64,000 nt of DNA from Salinispira sp. (GTDB lineage Bacteria > Spirochaetota > Spirochaetia > DSM-27196 > Salinispiraceae), in the NCBI GenBank assembly GCA_965226555.1, contig CBDDDG010000022.1, positions 192,001 through 256,000 of the forward strand, read 5' to 3'. Each line of letters opens with the position of its first letter. Position 1 is the stretch's first letter. Shown here in pieces: positions 20,501 to 30,776 of the stretch. A program made the position numbers and the translations under genes. The notes below the pieces were generated by a model. The model was given only the letters and a program-made list of their open reading frames with translations. It was not told where the DNA came from and ran no database searches.

Positions 20501-21566
20501 TCTCAAGAATGCGTATGGGGCGGTCATGGGCTGGTACTTGCAATTACCGAATGTTTCGCGAATTGTGAAATTATATGGTTTGAATGATCGGAAGCGTCTG
20601 GCAGCGCTCATGGAGCTGTTGGACAGCGAGATCGGTCAGTCAGATTATTTCGGACTCCTCCTTGAGCGCCTGCCCGGTCTGTACCAAACAGGAAGCGATG
20701 TCGCCACATTGACCGATTCCGAGGTAACGCTGGTTGCCAGAGAATTCAAACGTGACATAGCAGAGCTTGAATCGGCCGAGCAGATTATTATGGGTATGGT
20801 CGCGACTTCTCTCTGTGAGGTATTCGGTGTTGAGGGAGACATAATTGAGTGCGAGAAGGTTATGACCGACTGGTACAAGAATCTCAATTATTCCCAGCGC
20901 GATGCCGGACACTACAATGACAGCGATACTGCCTCCCTCATCTCCTGTCTTGGGCAGGATAAGTCCTTTGCAAAAATTATTGGGACAGAACTTCCAACAG
21001 ATTTTGGATTTGACGCGGTCCGTAATTGGAACTCTCTCCACATTCGCGATTATGCGGAAAAGGTTGCGAAGGCGAAGGAGGAAATTGACCGCGCGAGAAT
21101 TCAGGTGCCAAAACCTGCGATAGAGCAGCCCTCGCTTGAAATTGGGGAGAAACAGAGCGCTACCCTCAATATTCCATCGGGCGCGGCAATGCTTGTTTAC
21201 ACGGTCGATGGCTCTGATCCGAAGACATCGAAGACAGCGCAACGGGCAGAGGCAAATATGGATCTTGCGGAGCTTCTTGCGGGTGCGCCGAATGTGCAAG
21301 CGAAGATTCGCGCGCTGGACAATAAAGGGAATTATAGCGATTCTGTTGATGTCGAGCTCATCGACAAGCAACGCAAATATGAATTGAAAATCAATAATGA
21401 CATGTACGCGCCGGAGGCGACCTTCAAATGTCCGAATGATCTGGATGGGTTCGTTACCGTACTTAAATCTCTTCTGCAATTCGCAATCGATAAATCGTTG
21501 CTCAGCGCGGAAGCAGCCAGCGAAGTCGAAGCCTCGCTGAACAAGCACCCCTCGAAGGAATCGTGA
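17545..21566 (+). pseudogene. brxC: BrxC/PglY-like large P-loop ATPase, split by 1-nt frameshift at T7 (18890-18896)
   Basis: Walker A GSYGTGKS, Walker B FFDEFG, YGVHP; ORFs 17545-19017 and 18906-21566 join into ~1340 aa with one extra T; lies directly upstream of pglZ. Confidence 0.72.
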
Positions 21567-23962
21567 AAATGCAGCCTTTTCGAATACATTCCATAGGCGA
21601 TCTCGACCTGCCGATTCCCGAAACCGCGCTTGTGGTAGACAATGACGGCTCCTATGTGCAGGCATGCCATGCAACGCGGACGGCAATTCAGAATAAAGAT
21701 GAATTGAATCTGTGGGTTCGCGCGCCTCACCATGCCGAGTGGCTCAAAAATTACTTCGCCCAACTGCGAGTAGACGTGGAGGGACTTGAGGAAACCGCCC
21801 GTACCGTACTCGTCAAAAAATGGTCAGTGACCATTCCCAACTGGGTGTCCAATGAAGACATTATTAAACAGAAATTGCTCAATCTCGACATTAAGGCTGG
21901 CGCGGGCAAGACCTTTGAGGCAGCGCTGATCAATACACTCATTAGTGTGGATATATCGCCTGCTATTCCCGATAATTCTGCGGTGAGGGAACTCATTGCC
22001 GCTCTCACCGATAATCGCTATGCCGTCGCTAGGAAGGAATTCCCGATTCTGGAGGAGACTCTCAAACGGTTGGCAACAACGTGGCGGGCGCGGGCCCGCG
22101 CTGGCTGGCTCGCAGATCTGTGTGAATACATTCCAGAGAATGGTAAAATAGCATGGCGCCTGCTCTCCGCAGTTGCGATTCTCCAGTCGTATCCGAAGGA
22201 ATTACTTGATCGGGTATTGCCCAACGGACAGGCATCGCTCGCTCGTAAAATACCGCGCGATGTAACTGAATACCTGCCTCTGGAACCCGAAGCCAGGGAG
22301 GAATCTCTGACTCAAATTAAACTTATCTTCTCTGAATGTGAGCCAAAAATAAATTCTCAAAGTGAGTTTCGAAAGGTAGTCTCATGGGTGTCGGGAAGGA
22401 CGGCTGAGGAATATCGTTTTATTGAAAACATACTCCGAAGCGGTCGCTTCGAACCGACCGCAGATGACATTCGGCTTACGCGCGAAACGTTTAAAAGCTC
22501 CTCTGAAGTGCGGCCCAGCCGCCTCGAAGCGCTCAAGTACCTCGCGCGCCCGGCCTATCCGTTACTGGAGAACAATGAAAAACTCCCGAACTCCACAGAC
22601 TGGATTCGTTGGACAACCGAAAAATACGCTCAGTACCGCAACTGGCAAGTGAAAAATAACCGTTACGATGCGGAATTGGAAAAAACCGTCTGCCAATTCT
22701 CGGACTGGTACATTGATCACTATGCCGCTGTTCAATCCGATTCCAACGCAGCTCTTGCGCAGGCGCTGAATTTATTGAATGCGAACGAGCTTGAGAATCG
22801 ACTGACAATTCTCTTAATGGTGGATTGCCTGCCTGTTACCTTCTTCGGACTTATTGACCATGCCCTTAAAACCTCCGGTTTCAAGCGGCATGACCTAAGC
22901 TATCGCTACGCCGCGCTTCCCACAGTGACGGACTTCAACAAAGCGGCAGTGATCTCTGGAAACCCCGGTCGAAATAAAAATACCTATTCCAAGATCCTCA
23001 CTGAACGATCTGAGGCCGACTGGGGAGGAGCAAAAGTTCATTACGTCTCAACGCTACGGAATCTGTCAAAACTTACTATTGGCGCGGAAGCATCGGTAAT
23101 TCTGTTTAATCATATTGAGGGCGATGAAATATTACATTCCGATGTCGAAGCGAAAAACCGCGCCTACGAGGAAGATCTCGCTCGTTCCTATACGCAACTT
23201 TCTGAAGCTCTCTTCGATATCTGCGATCGATGGGACGGGGCGAAGGATCGTGTTTCAATTATCCTTCTGACCGATCATGGCGCGTGCCGTGCTCTTAAGG
23301 AAGAGATGAGAAATTTCGCCTCAAGGGTTGTGAGTAAGCTTTTTAATGACGAAAAATATCGTTTTGCCTCCATGACGAGCGAGCAGGCTAATGAGATTCC
23401 AGAAAACCTTTGGGATACAGGTTATCGCTTCACGGAGCCGTTCTCCCGCGACACTACTACGCATTTTTTGCCTCGCGGACATAATACGGTACGCAAGACC
23501 GGAGCTGTTGGGGGGTATGCGCATGGCGGAGTTGCTCCTGAGGAAGTTATTGTGCCTATGGCGCGCTATGCTCTGCTCTCTACTGAGTGGAAGAGACCAT
23601 TCGTCCGATGCTTGAATCTCAAAATGTCTGCGAATGGGCAGAAGGCGCAGTTCTATATACAGCGAGTTGTCAATGTCGAAGTGGAAATACAGAATCCGAA
23701 TTCTGTCCCGCTTCAACCGACAGCTCTTGAGTTACTTTCGCCCGATGCAAGGGTTAAGGGAGCGCGGTTGTGTAATATAGCCCCTGAATCAACGGGTATA
23801 CTGTCCATTGATCTCTACTTCCAGAAAACCGCGCAGAATGCTGAAAATCTTGAATTACAGATTCGCTATACCATAAGCGGGGAAGAATACGAAAAAAATC
23901 TTGTTTTTTCGGCCGAATTCATGTCGGCGATGTCTGACGGATTCTCATTAAAAAATCTCTAA
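21563..23962 (+). CDS. pglZ: PglZ-domain alkaline-phosphatase-fold protein
   Basis: LLMVDCL, LPTVT..NK, TDHG, HGG..PEEVIVP motifs. Confidence 0.88.
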   Translation: MKMQPFRIHSIGDLDLPIPETALVVDNDGSYVQACHATRTAIQNKDELNLWVRAPHHAEWLKNYFAQLRVDVEGLEETARTVLVKKWSVTIPNWVSNEDIIKQKLLNLDIKAGAGKTFEAALINTLISVDISPAIPDNSAVRELIAALTDNRYAVARKEFPILEETLKRLATTWRARARAGWLADLCEYIPENGKIAWRLLSAVAILQSYPKELLDRVLPNGQASLARKIPRDVTEYLPLEPEAREESLTQIKLIFSECEPKINSQSEFRKVVSWVSGRTAEEYRFIENILRSGRFEPTADDIRLTRETFKSSSEVRPSRLEALKYLARPAYPLLENNEKLPNSTDWIRWTTEKYAQYRNWQVKNNRYDAELEKTVCQFSDWYIDHYAAVQSDSNAALAQALNLLNANELENRLTILLMVDCLPVTFFGLIDHALKTSGFKRHDLSYRYAALPTVTDFNKAAVISGNPGRNKNTYSKILTERSEADWGGAKVHYVSTLRNLSKLTIGAEASVILFNHIEGDEILHSDVEAKNRAYEEDLARSYTQLSEALFDICDRWDGAKDRVSIILLTDHGACRALKEEMRNFASRVVSKLFNDEKYRFASMTSEQANEIPENLWDTGYRFTEPFSRDTTTHFLPRGHNTVRKTGAVGGYAHGGVAPEEVIVPMARYALLSTEWKRPFVRCLNLKMSANGQKAQFYIQRVVNVEVEIQNPNSVPLQPTALELLSPDARVKGARLCNIAPESTGILSIDLYFQKTAQNAENLELQIRYTISGEEYEKNLVFSAEFMSAMSDGFSLKNL

Positions 23963-25947
23963 TGGAGGAACCATATATGCAATCCTTTGAACGTAAAGCG
24001 CAGGACTACTACGGTGAGGTAATAATTAACAAAGGGCTTATGAGAAAAGCCGGATTTGGCGCCCGGGCGATTCCCGTTTATGTGGGCGAGTGGATCATCA
24101 GTCAGTTCATGGATGGCGGAGAGCTGACCGAAGATGGACGCGCGGAAATTGTTACTACCATTTCCAAATTCCTCCCGCAGAAGGCTGACAAGAATACGAT
24201 TCTAAATCGACTCATGGATCAGGAAGAAGTTCGTATTCTCGATGACTTCAGGGTTAATGTTAATCTTGCGAAGAACACCCACGAGCTCAGTATCCCATTA
24301 CTCGATATCAGCAATGGTATGGTACAGAAAGATATTATCAATCAAAACCCAATGCTCTTAAAAACCGGGATGTGGGGACTCGGGACGCTCAGATATGTAC
24401 CGCCTGACGATGAAATCAAAGAAGGGCAGATCTGGATGATGGACTTCAAACCTTTTCAGTCTCCCGGCGTAGATATTGACTACTATCGTGACTCACGGAG
24501 GCACTTCGAGACAGAAGAATGGATTGATCTGCTTGTGTCGAGCTGCCAGTTTAATCCGGAAATACTCAGACTTCCCCAGAAGCTTTTGTTGCTCAGCCGA
24601 ATCATCCCGCTCGTGGAACCGAGAACTAACATAACCGAACTTGCGCCAAAAGGAACAGGGAAATCATTTGTTTTCGACAACATCAGTCGCTACGCGACCG
24701 TCATTCCAGGCGGGAAACTTTCTGCGCCGTCTCTGTTCTTCAACAGCAATACTAGGCAATTGGGACTCATTCCGCGTTACGATGTTGTTGTTGTCGATGA
24801 GATTCAGAAAATTCATACCGATGCTACCGGTGAAGCAATGGCTGCGCTGAAAATGTATTTAGAGAGCGGACGGTACCGAAGAGCCACTGGAGATCTCGGT
24901 ACGTCAGAATCTGGATTTGTCATGTTGGGAAATATTACCCTCGGAATGAATCGCCTTCCGTTGTACGAGAGCGATGGAATTTTCAAAGAGTTGCCGAAGG
25001 CTCTTCAGGAGTCAGCGTTCATTGACCGCATTCACGGATTAATCGAAGGCTGGTACATGCCCCGTGTGTCTCGGCACACACCATCGAAAACCTGCGGCTT
25101 CAAGGGCGATTTCTTCAGTGAAGTCTTACACGAACTTCGGGTTGATCTGAAATACGCCGATTTTGTGACACAACATCTTGCGCGCCTCGAATGCGACGAT
25201 ATGCGCGATAACAAAGCGATTGCGCGATTGGCTGAAGGTTTTCTGAAACTTCTCTTTCCAGATTTGAACGTAACAGATGAGAATTTTAACATATTCTGCC
25301 TCAACCCTGCAATCCGGATGCGTCAGCAGATTCGAGATGAGCTCTCGAAGATCGACCATGAATTCAAATGGGTTACCATTAAGAGCAATTTACCGGACGA
25401 GTTCCAGCTCTCTCACCCATCTGAACGTCCCGATCTGGAGGGCGAGAAAGCAAAAACCGATCCTCTTAATCCGAGTCGTAAGCCCGATGAGCGGACTGTG
25501 GAAATTACCGAAGGTCAACAAGGCATCTCATTCGAAAAACTCTTCCTGCCGTATCTCAAAGGCGCCAGAGAAATTCGCATTTACGATCCGTATATCCGGT
25601 ACCAATACCAAGTATTCAATCTTATGAACCTTTGCGAGATTCTTGAACCCCGTAATGCGTCCATCAAAGTTTCGCTTATTACTACCGCCGATCAGTTCAG
25701 CGAAGACGAAATTACCGCAAAACTTGGCGAAGTAAAAAAAGGATTGAGCCGCGATGACATTGAATTCAATTTTACTTTCGATCCGAACCTCCATGATCGA
25801 TGGATCAAAACCGACACCGGCTGGCGAATCACATTGGGCAGGGGGCTGGATATCTTTCAGAAGCCCGCTGACAAGTTCACACTGGGGTTCATGAATCAGA
25901 CGAAGAGAAAATGCAAGGAAACAAGTGTGGTTTATACGCGAGGATAA
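23962..25947 (+). CDS. brxL: BrxL-like AAA+/MCM-type ATPase with C-terminal MIT_C/PLD-like domain
   Basis: ELAPKGTGKSF, VVVDEIQ, AFIDRIHG; C-terminus IYDPYIR..HDRWIKTDTGWRITLGRGLDIFQ; no Lon protease domain seen. Confidence 0.82.
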   Translation: MEEPYMQSFERKAQDYYGEVIINKGLMRKAGFGARAIPVYVGEWIISQFMDGGELTEDGRAEIVTTISKFLPQKADKNTILNRLMDQEEVRILDDFRVNVNLAKNTHELSIPLLDISNGMVQKDIINQNPMLLKTGMWGLGTLRYVPPDDEIKEGQIWMMDFKPFQSPGVDIDYYRDSRRHFETEEWIDLLVSSCQFNPEILRLPQKLLLLSRIIPLVEPRTNITELAPKGTGKSFVFDNISRYATVIPGGKLSAPSLFFNSNTRQLGLIPRYDVVVVDEIQKIHTDATGEAMAALKMYLESGRYRRATGDLGTSESGFVMLGNITLGMNRLPLYESDGIFKELPKALQESAFIDRIHGLIEGWYMPRVSRHTPSKTCGFKGDFFSEVLHELRVDLKYADFVTQHLARLECDDMRDNKAIARLAEGFLKLLFPDLNVTDENFNIFCLNPAIRMRQQIRDELSKIDHEFKWVTIKSNLPDEFQLSHPSERPDLEGEKAKTDPLNPSRKPDERTVEITEGQQGISFEKLFLPYLKGAREIRIYDPYIRYQYQVFNLMNLCEILEPRNASIKVSLITTADQFSEDEITAKLGEVKKGLSRDDIEFNFTFDPNLHDRWIKTDTGWRITLGRGLDIFQKPADKFTLGFMNQTKRKCKETSVVYTRG

Positions 25948-26239
25948 CAGAAAGCCTGATCTGCGTTCACGCATTTCTGCTTTCCACTTGCAAAAAGTCC
26001 AAAAAAATGCCAGCAAAACGTCCTCGCTTATCATAAATAACTGCATCATCGCAGATCAATGCAAGCATCCGCTCATCTATAAGTCCATGAGCAGGTCAAA
26101 TATTATTATCCCAGACTGAATCCGCTGGAATCGCGGAATGCGGAATATATTGACAAGTTTTGAACAATAGCGCAAAGTAAAAGTTTTGCAAAACCTTATA
26201 TAATAGAGCAGACCTATTGCGGTCATTGGGAGAGGAACT

Positions 26240-29200
26240 ATGGTATTCGCGCTTGGCGACCTTCTCGTTCTGGGTGTGGTCCTAATTGTCATATGTATTT
26301 TCCGTTATATCGACCGCGGCAACAGATCCCTGGAAAAGGTAAGGAACTTTGTTGACCGCGCAGGAGAGAACTTAGCTCGTATCGCTGAAGATAAGGCACA
26401 GCAGTTGAAGGATCTTGCCATCAATGTCGAAATCCATCAGCAATCGGCAATGAAAGCTATTGAGCAAATTGAAATTTCTGCGGAAGAGCTCGGTAAACGC
26501 ACATCCTATATTGAAGAAATACAGTCACGAATAAATCAATACGATCTTGCCCTCAGGCAGCTGGTCGATATGACGAATCAGGCTGAACGGAACATTAAGG
26601 GAATACAGGACGAATCCGCCTATGTGGATACTGTCGGCCGGAGAATCAAAGAATCGCGCAAGCATATTGAATCGCTTGAAAAATCTGTTTCAGAGATCAT
26701 TAACGATTTTTCTGCGAGAAACAATCAGCAGCTTGAAAAGATCCGTGAGTCTGTGTTCAAAACGGGGAAGGAAACTGCCCTTGAACTTGAACAGAAAGTA
26801 GAAAGCGCCGGAAATCGGGCGCAGAAACTTCTTGCGGCATTTCAGACAGATGCCGAAAACACTCAGCAGAGAATTACGGGCAGTGTTGAAACAGCGCAGA
26901 CAAAAATTCAGGAAATAACGGAAACCATGCAGACTGATGCGGCAGACATTCAAGATACTATCCAGAACCTTGCCGACACCACCATCAAATCAGTGGACAA
27001 TTCCTTCAGCGAATATAAGCGGGATTTCGAAAACGTAGAAATATCCTTTCGCGAAGGCCTGAATCGGGTTGCTGAAAAGGCCCGGAAATTTGAGTTCGAA
27101 TCATTTGAGATACTTCAGGCGGAACTGGAAACGAAACGCGCGAACGTTTCAGAACAGTTCAAAAACAAAATGGATGAACAGGAGCAGGATTTTCAGGAAC
27201 AGTTCATTGATTATACGCGAAAATCGAAGGAACAGTATGAGCAAATTTCCGACAGTCTGAAAGAACATACCGAAGTACACCGCAGGAACCTCAATGAACT
27301 TGAAACCGAGATGCAGAATTCCATTGAGGTATTAAAGGCCAATTACACTACGAAACATGAAGAAATACAGGTATCCATTTCCGAGAAGGCCTCCGGGATG
27401 GAGAAAAGAATACTTGGAGACCTTGAGCAGAACCTCATCGATTACGAGGGCAGTATTACTCACCGTCTTTCCCGTCTGGATGAGGTCGGAAAGCAGCTGG
27501 ATGGGCTTGAGCAGGTACTTCAGAAAAATATGGAACATGTCAGCGCAAAACTTGAATCGGAGGCGCAGTCCGTCGGTGAGCGTGTGCGGAAAAAATACGA
27601 TGAAGACATTACCCGCCTCCGCGGCGATCTGGATGAGATCAGCGGACATGTAACAGCGCAGAGAAATGAAATAGATACGCTCAGGGAAGAAAGCCGTTCA
27701 AACATTATTGAACAATTGGAGGCCTTCGAGCGGGAATTTTTCACCGACCTTCAGGAGCGCAGGAAGAATCTTGATGCCCGGCTGGAAAAATGGACGGAAA
27801 GTTTTGACGGTGCACTTGAGGAACTGCGCTCCGATACCGAAGGTGAACGCAGCCTGCTCGAAAAGAAATATCTGGAAGATATTGGAACGGGAATGGATGC
27901 CTTGCGCAGCGGGATGACAGATCGCTTCAGTGAACTTCAGACCGATTTTCAGGAACGGGAGTCAGTTATTCATGAAAATCTGAATATCCTTACCGAGCGA
28001 ATCAACAATGGCCAGTCGGCAGTCGATGAACATCTTGAGCGAGCCCGGCAGCAGTCCATGAATACTCTCAACAGCCGCTGTCAGGAAATTCAGAATACAA
28101 TTGCCGACAGAATGAAGAATATGCAGGATGATATGGAGGGTAATCTCAGAAATATGGATGAGCTCATCCTGAAGCAGGAGAATGAAATTACGGTTCTTCA
28201 GGATGGCATACGTTCCGATGTATCAGCATGGCAAAATACAATTCATCAACAACTCAAAACAGATAAGGATGATATTGAAAGCGAAATGGCGGCCTTCCGA
28301 ATACGTATAAATGACGTTCTCCTGGCCATAAAGGAAGAATATAACGAGGAAAAAACCGGAATACTTGCCGAAGAGCGGACACTCAAGGACAAACTTTTCA
28401 CCCAACTGGCTGATAACAAAAGCAGCATGGAAAAGGAAGTTGATGTATTCCGCGCTAAATTCAGCGACACCCTGAACTCACTGCAGGCAGAATACAATAA
28501 TGAGAAGAATGACATTATTGCCGGGGCTGTTGAAGCAAGAAAACAACTGCAGTCCGATATTCGGAATGCTTCCGAGAAGCTGACAGCGCTGCGCTCCGAA
28601 CTGGAGGAAAAAAAGGAAACTGCCCTTGAACGCTTCAACCTCGACTATACGTCTTTCATGCAGGATTTTCTGAAGCAGAAAGATGATGCCAGCCGTGAGT
28701 TCAGTGCCTCCATCCGCGATTTCCGTGAGTTTGTCGGAGCAACTCGTAAGGAATTTGAAGGAACACAGAAACGGCTCATCGGTGGACTCACCGAAGAAAT
28801 TAAAACTGTTGAACTGAATATCAGAGAGATAGAGAAAAAACAGAAATCTTTTCTTCAGCAGACGAAGCTCTTTGACCGGGCAGATACATTGAAGCAGGGG
28901 CTCATTGAGGATATTAACGCGCTCCGAAATGAGGTCAATAAGTTCCAGAGTGAGCGGAAACAGATCGGCGAATACGAGAATGAATTTCTGCGCATCCAGA
29001 AACTTGGAAAGGAAGCGCATGAGAAGATGCTCCATTTTTCAGTGGAACAGCGTAAGCTTGAAAATGTTGAAGAGAGCTATAAACGTATTATGGCCCTTTC
29101 AGGAAAGCTGGACAAGCGCTTGGAAAGTGTCAACCTCAAGCACGACAATGTTCAGCAGATGCAGCTGGCGATCCGGAATTTGAGTGATCTTCAGAAGGAA

Positions 29201-29737
29201 CTCGATCAGCGTTATGATCGTCTGTCAAAACGCAGGGAAGTAATTGATGCGACACTGGAAGGAGTAGACAGGAATTTTCAGCAGCTTACTGATCTCGATA
29301 CTCGGATCGGCGGCATACATAAATCTATGGGCACAGTTTCCAATGAAATTGCAGTGTTGAAGGGAAGGTTAGATAGCTTATCGGTGAACAAGAAAGAGTC
29401 GGATATGGCTATGCGGAATCTTCAAAATCTTAACCAGCTCATGGAATCTGTTGAAACACGCGCCGGTGAAATGAATAAGGCTCGGGAATGGCTCGCGCGG
29501 ATAGAGACCCGTATGGAAGATATTACGCGGCAGGCCGACAAGCAGATGGAAATTCTCGGGGCGCTGACAAAGAAATCCCGATCCGATGGTAATGATGAAG
29601 GTCCTGCGCTGTCGGTCTCTGAGCGCGACATGGTGATAAAACTGAAGCATCAGGGGTGGAATGTCGAGGATATCGCAAAAACCTGCAAAATTTCCCGGGG
29701 GGAAGTTGAACTTATTCTGGAAATGACCCACGGCTGA
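26240..29737 (+). CDS. Spirochaete coiled-coil protein (SpiroCoCo-like)
   Basis: N-terminal TM then DRGNRSLEKVR, ~1100 aa heptad-rich region, C-terminal HTH-like QGWNVEDIA..SRGEVELILE. Confidence 0.8.
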   Translation: MVFALGDLLVLGVVLIVICIFRYIDRGNRSLEKVRNFVDRAGENLARIAEDKAQQLKDLAINVEIHQQSAMKAIEQIEISAEELGKRTSYIEEIQSRINQYDLALRQLVDMTNQAERNIKGIQDESAYVDTVGRRIKESRKHIESLEKSVSEIINDFSARNNQQLEKIRESVFKTGKETALELEQKVESAGNRAQKLLAAFQTDAENTQQRITGSVETAQTKIQEITETMQTDAADIQDTIQNLADTTIKSVDNSFSEYKRDFENVEISFREGLNRVAEKARKFEFESFEILQAELETKRANVSEQFKNKMDEQEQDFQEQFIDYTRKSKEQYEQISDSLKEHTEVHRRNLNELETEMQNSIEVLKANYTTKHEEIQVSISEKASGMEKRILGDLEQNLIDYEGSITHRLSRLDEVGKQLDGLEQVLQKNMEHVSAKLESEAQSVGERVRKKYDEDITRLRGDLDEISGHVTAQRNEIDTLREESRSNIIEQLEAFEREFFTDLQERRKNLDARLEKWTESFDGALEELRSDTEGERSLLEKKYLEDIGTGMDALRSGMTDRFSELQTDFQERESVIHENLNILTERINNGQSAVDEHLERARQQSMNTLNSRCQEIQNTIADRMKNMQDDMEGNLRNMDELILKQENEITVLQDGIRSDVSAWQNTIHQQLKTDKDDIESEMAAFRIRINDVLLAIKEEYNEEKTGILAEERTLKDKLFTQLADNKSSMEKEVDVFRAKFSDTLNSLQAEYNNEKNDIIAGAVEARKQLQSDIRNASEKLTALRSELEEKKETALERFNLDYTSFMQDFLKQKDDASREFSASIRDFREFVGATRKEFEGTQKRLIGGLTEEIKTVELNIREIEKKQKSFLQQTKLFDRADTLKQGLIEDINALRNEVNKFQSERKQIGEYENEFLRIQKLGKEAHEKMLHFSVEQRKLENVEESYKRIMALSGKLDKRLESVNLKHDNVQQMQLAIRNLSDLQKELDQRYDRLSKRREVIDATLEGVDRNFQQLTDLDTRIGGIHKSMGTVSNEIAVLKGRLDSLSVNKKESDMAMRNLQNLNQLMESVETRAGEMNKAREWLARIETRMEDITRQADKQMEILGALTKKSRSDGNDEGPALSVSERDMVIKLKHQGWNVEDIAKTCKISRGEVELILEMTHG

Positions 29738-29763
29738 TCAATGATACAAACACCTGCCATAAT

Positions 29764-30768
29764 TTATTCAGAGATAATGTGCTCCAATCCCTTAATTCCT
29801 TCTACTGTCTCTTGTATTAATTCTCCGTCATCATCAAGAAGCGGGAGATCAATAATCATTTTAAGCACCTGCGCAAATTTTACAGAAGTGAATACCCTCT
29901 GCTTTTCATCTTCGCTATATGTGCTATAATCATATCCTGATTCTTTAATCAGATTAGCAAGACTTTTGTTTGCCCGCCTCATTTTACCTGAAAATTTATC
30001 AAGAACAGAGTAGCAAAGATTCACAGCCTTATACATCTGTTTTAGTTTTTCTGCAATAACAGAACATTCTGCCTCAATTTTCTTTGCTTTTTCAAGGTTT
30101 GAATAGGCATCATAAAGTTTCTCTTGTGCCTTTGCTCCCAGAATAGTTCCGAATATCAGCAGGGCTGGTCCTGCTACAAGAATCCCAAGAACCATTGCGC
30201 CGCCTGCAATGCCAAATCCGCCAGCGGCAAGTGTTCCTCCGCCAAGCCAAGCAAGTGTTGCATTGCTTGCAGCAATTCCACCAAGCGCACTAATTGCAGT
30301 ACCTGTTCCCGCTGATGCAAGAAGCATTGTTCCGCTATATGCGCCAAAGGCAGCTAGCGCACCACCGCCCAAGCCAGCAATACCGCCGGAAACACCGAAA
30401 ATTATTTCCCCAACACCTGAAACTGTATTTGATATTTCTTTCAACTTACCTTCGGTAATGGTAATCAGGGATGGATCATCGTTTTTGCCGGAAGCAAACT
30501 CTACATTTTTGATTCGTCCGAAAGTATCAATAAATGTTCTCAGATGTGTATCAATTACAGTAAGTTTTTTCTCACCATACGATTTCAGAGAGTCATAGAG
30601 ATTTTGTTTTGTTTTTTCAAGATTCTCGTGAGCCTCATGTGCTATGCCTTGTGCATTTGAACTGATATTTTTTGCTTTCTTGGTATCGTTTGCTGCTTTT
30701 ACACCTTTTCCAGCTCCAATGGCCCCAAGACCTGCAATAATAATTGGTACTAATAATGGTAATGGCAT
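29764..30768 (-). CDS. Glycine-zipper membrane protein, unknown function
   Basis: ASAGTGTAISALGGIAASNATLAWLGGGTLAAGGFG hydrophobic Gly/Ala hairpin between coiled coils; AT-rich codon use. Confidence 0.8.
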   Translation of the reverse strand: MPLPLLVPIIIAGLGAIGAGKGVKAANDTKKAKNISSNAQGIAHEAHENLEKTKQNLYDSLKSYGEKKLTVIDTHLRTFIDTFGRIKNVEFASGKNDDPSLITITEGKLKEISNTVSGVGEIIFGVSGGIAGLGGGALAAFGAYSGTMLLASAGTGTAISALGGIAASNATLAWLGGGTLAAGGFGIAGGAMVLGILVAGPALLIFGTILGAKAQEKLYDAYSNLEKAKKIEAECSVIAEKLKQMYKAVNLCYSVLDKFSGKMRRANKSLANLIKESGYDYSTYSEDEKQRVFTSVKFAQVLKMIIDLPLLDDDGELIQETVEGIKGLEHIISE

Positions 30769-30776
30769 GAAAACTC

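Noticed and set aside
20640..21686. 348-aa antisense ORF and similar long shadow ORFs (4163-5035, 3284-4018, 59075-59881)
   Set aside because: Opposite-strand shadows of well-supported genes with no recognisable motifs
10402..25951. Prophage or ICE as carrier of the defence island
   Set aside because: No integrase, conjugation or phage genes and no tRNA-derived att repeat
26176..26200. AAAGTTTTGCAAAACCTT as a miniature element copy (also 2528-2570, 6548-6560, 7875-7898)
   Set aside because: Too degenerate and without TSD; may be relics but not supportable
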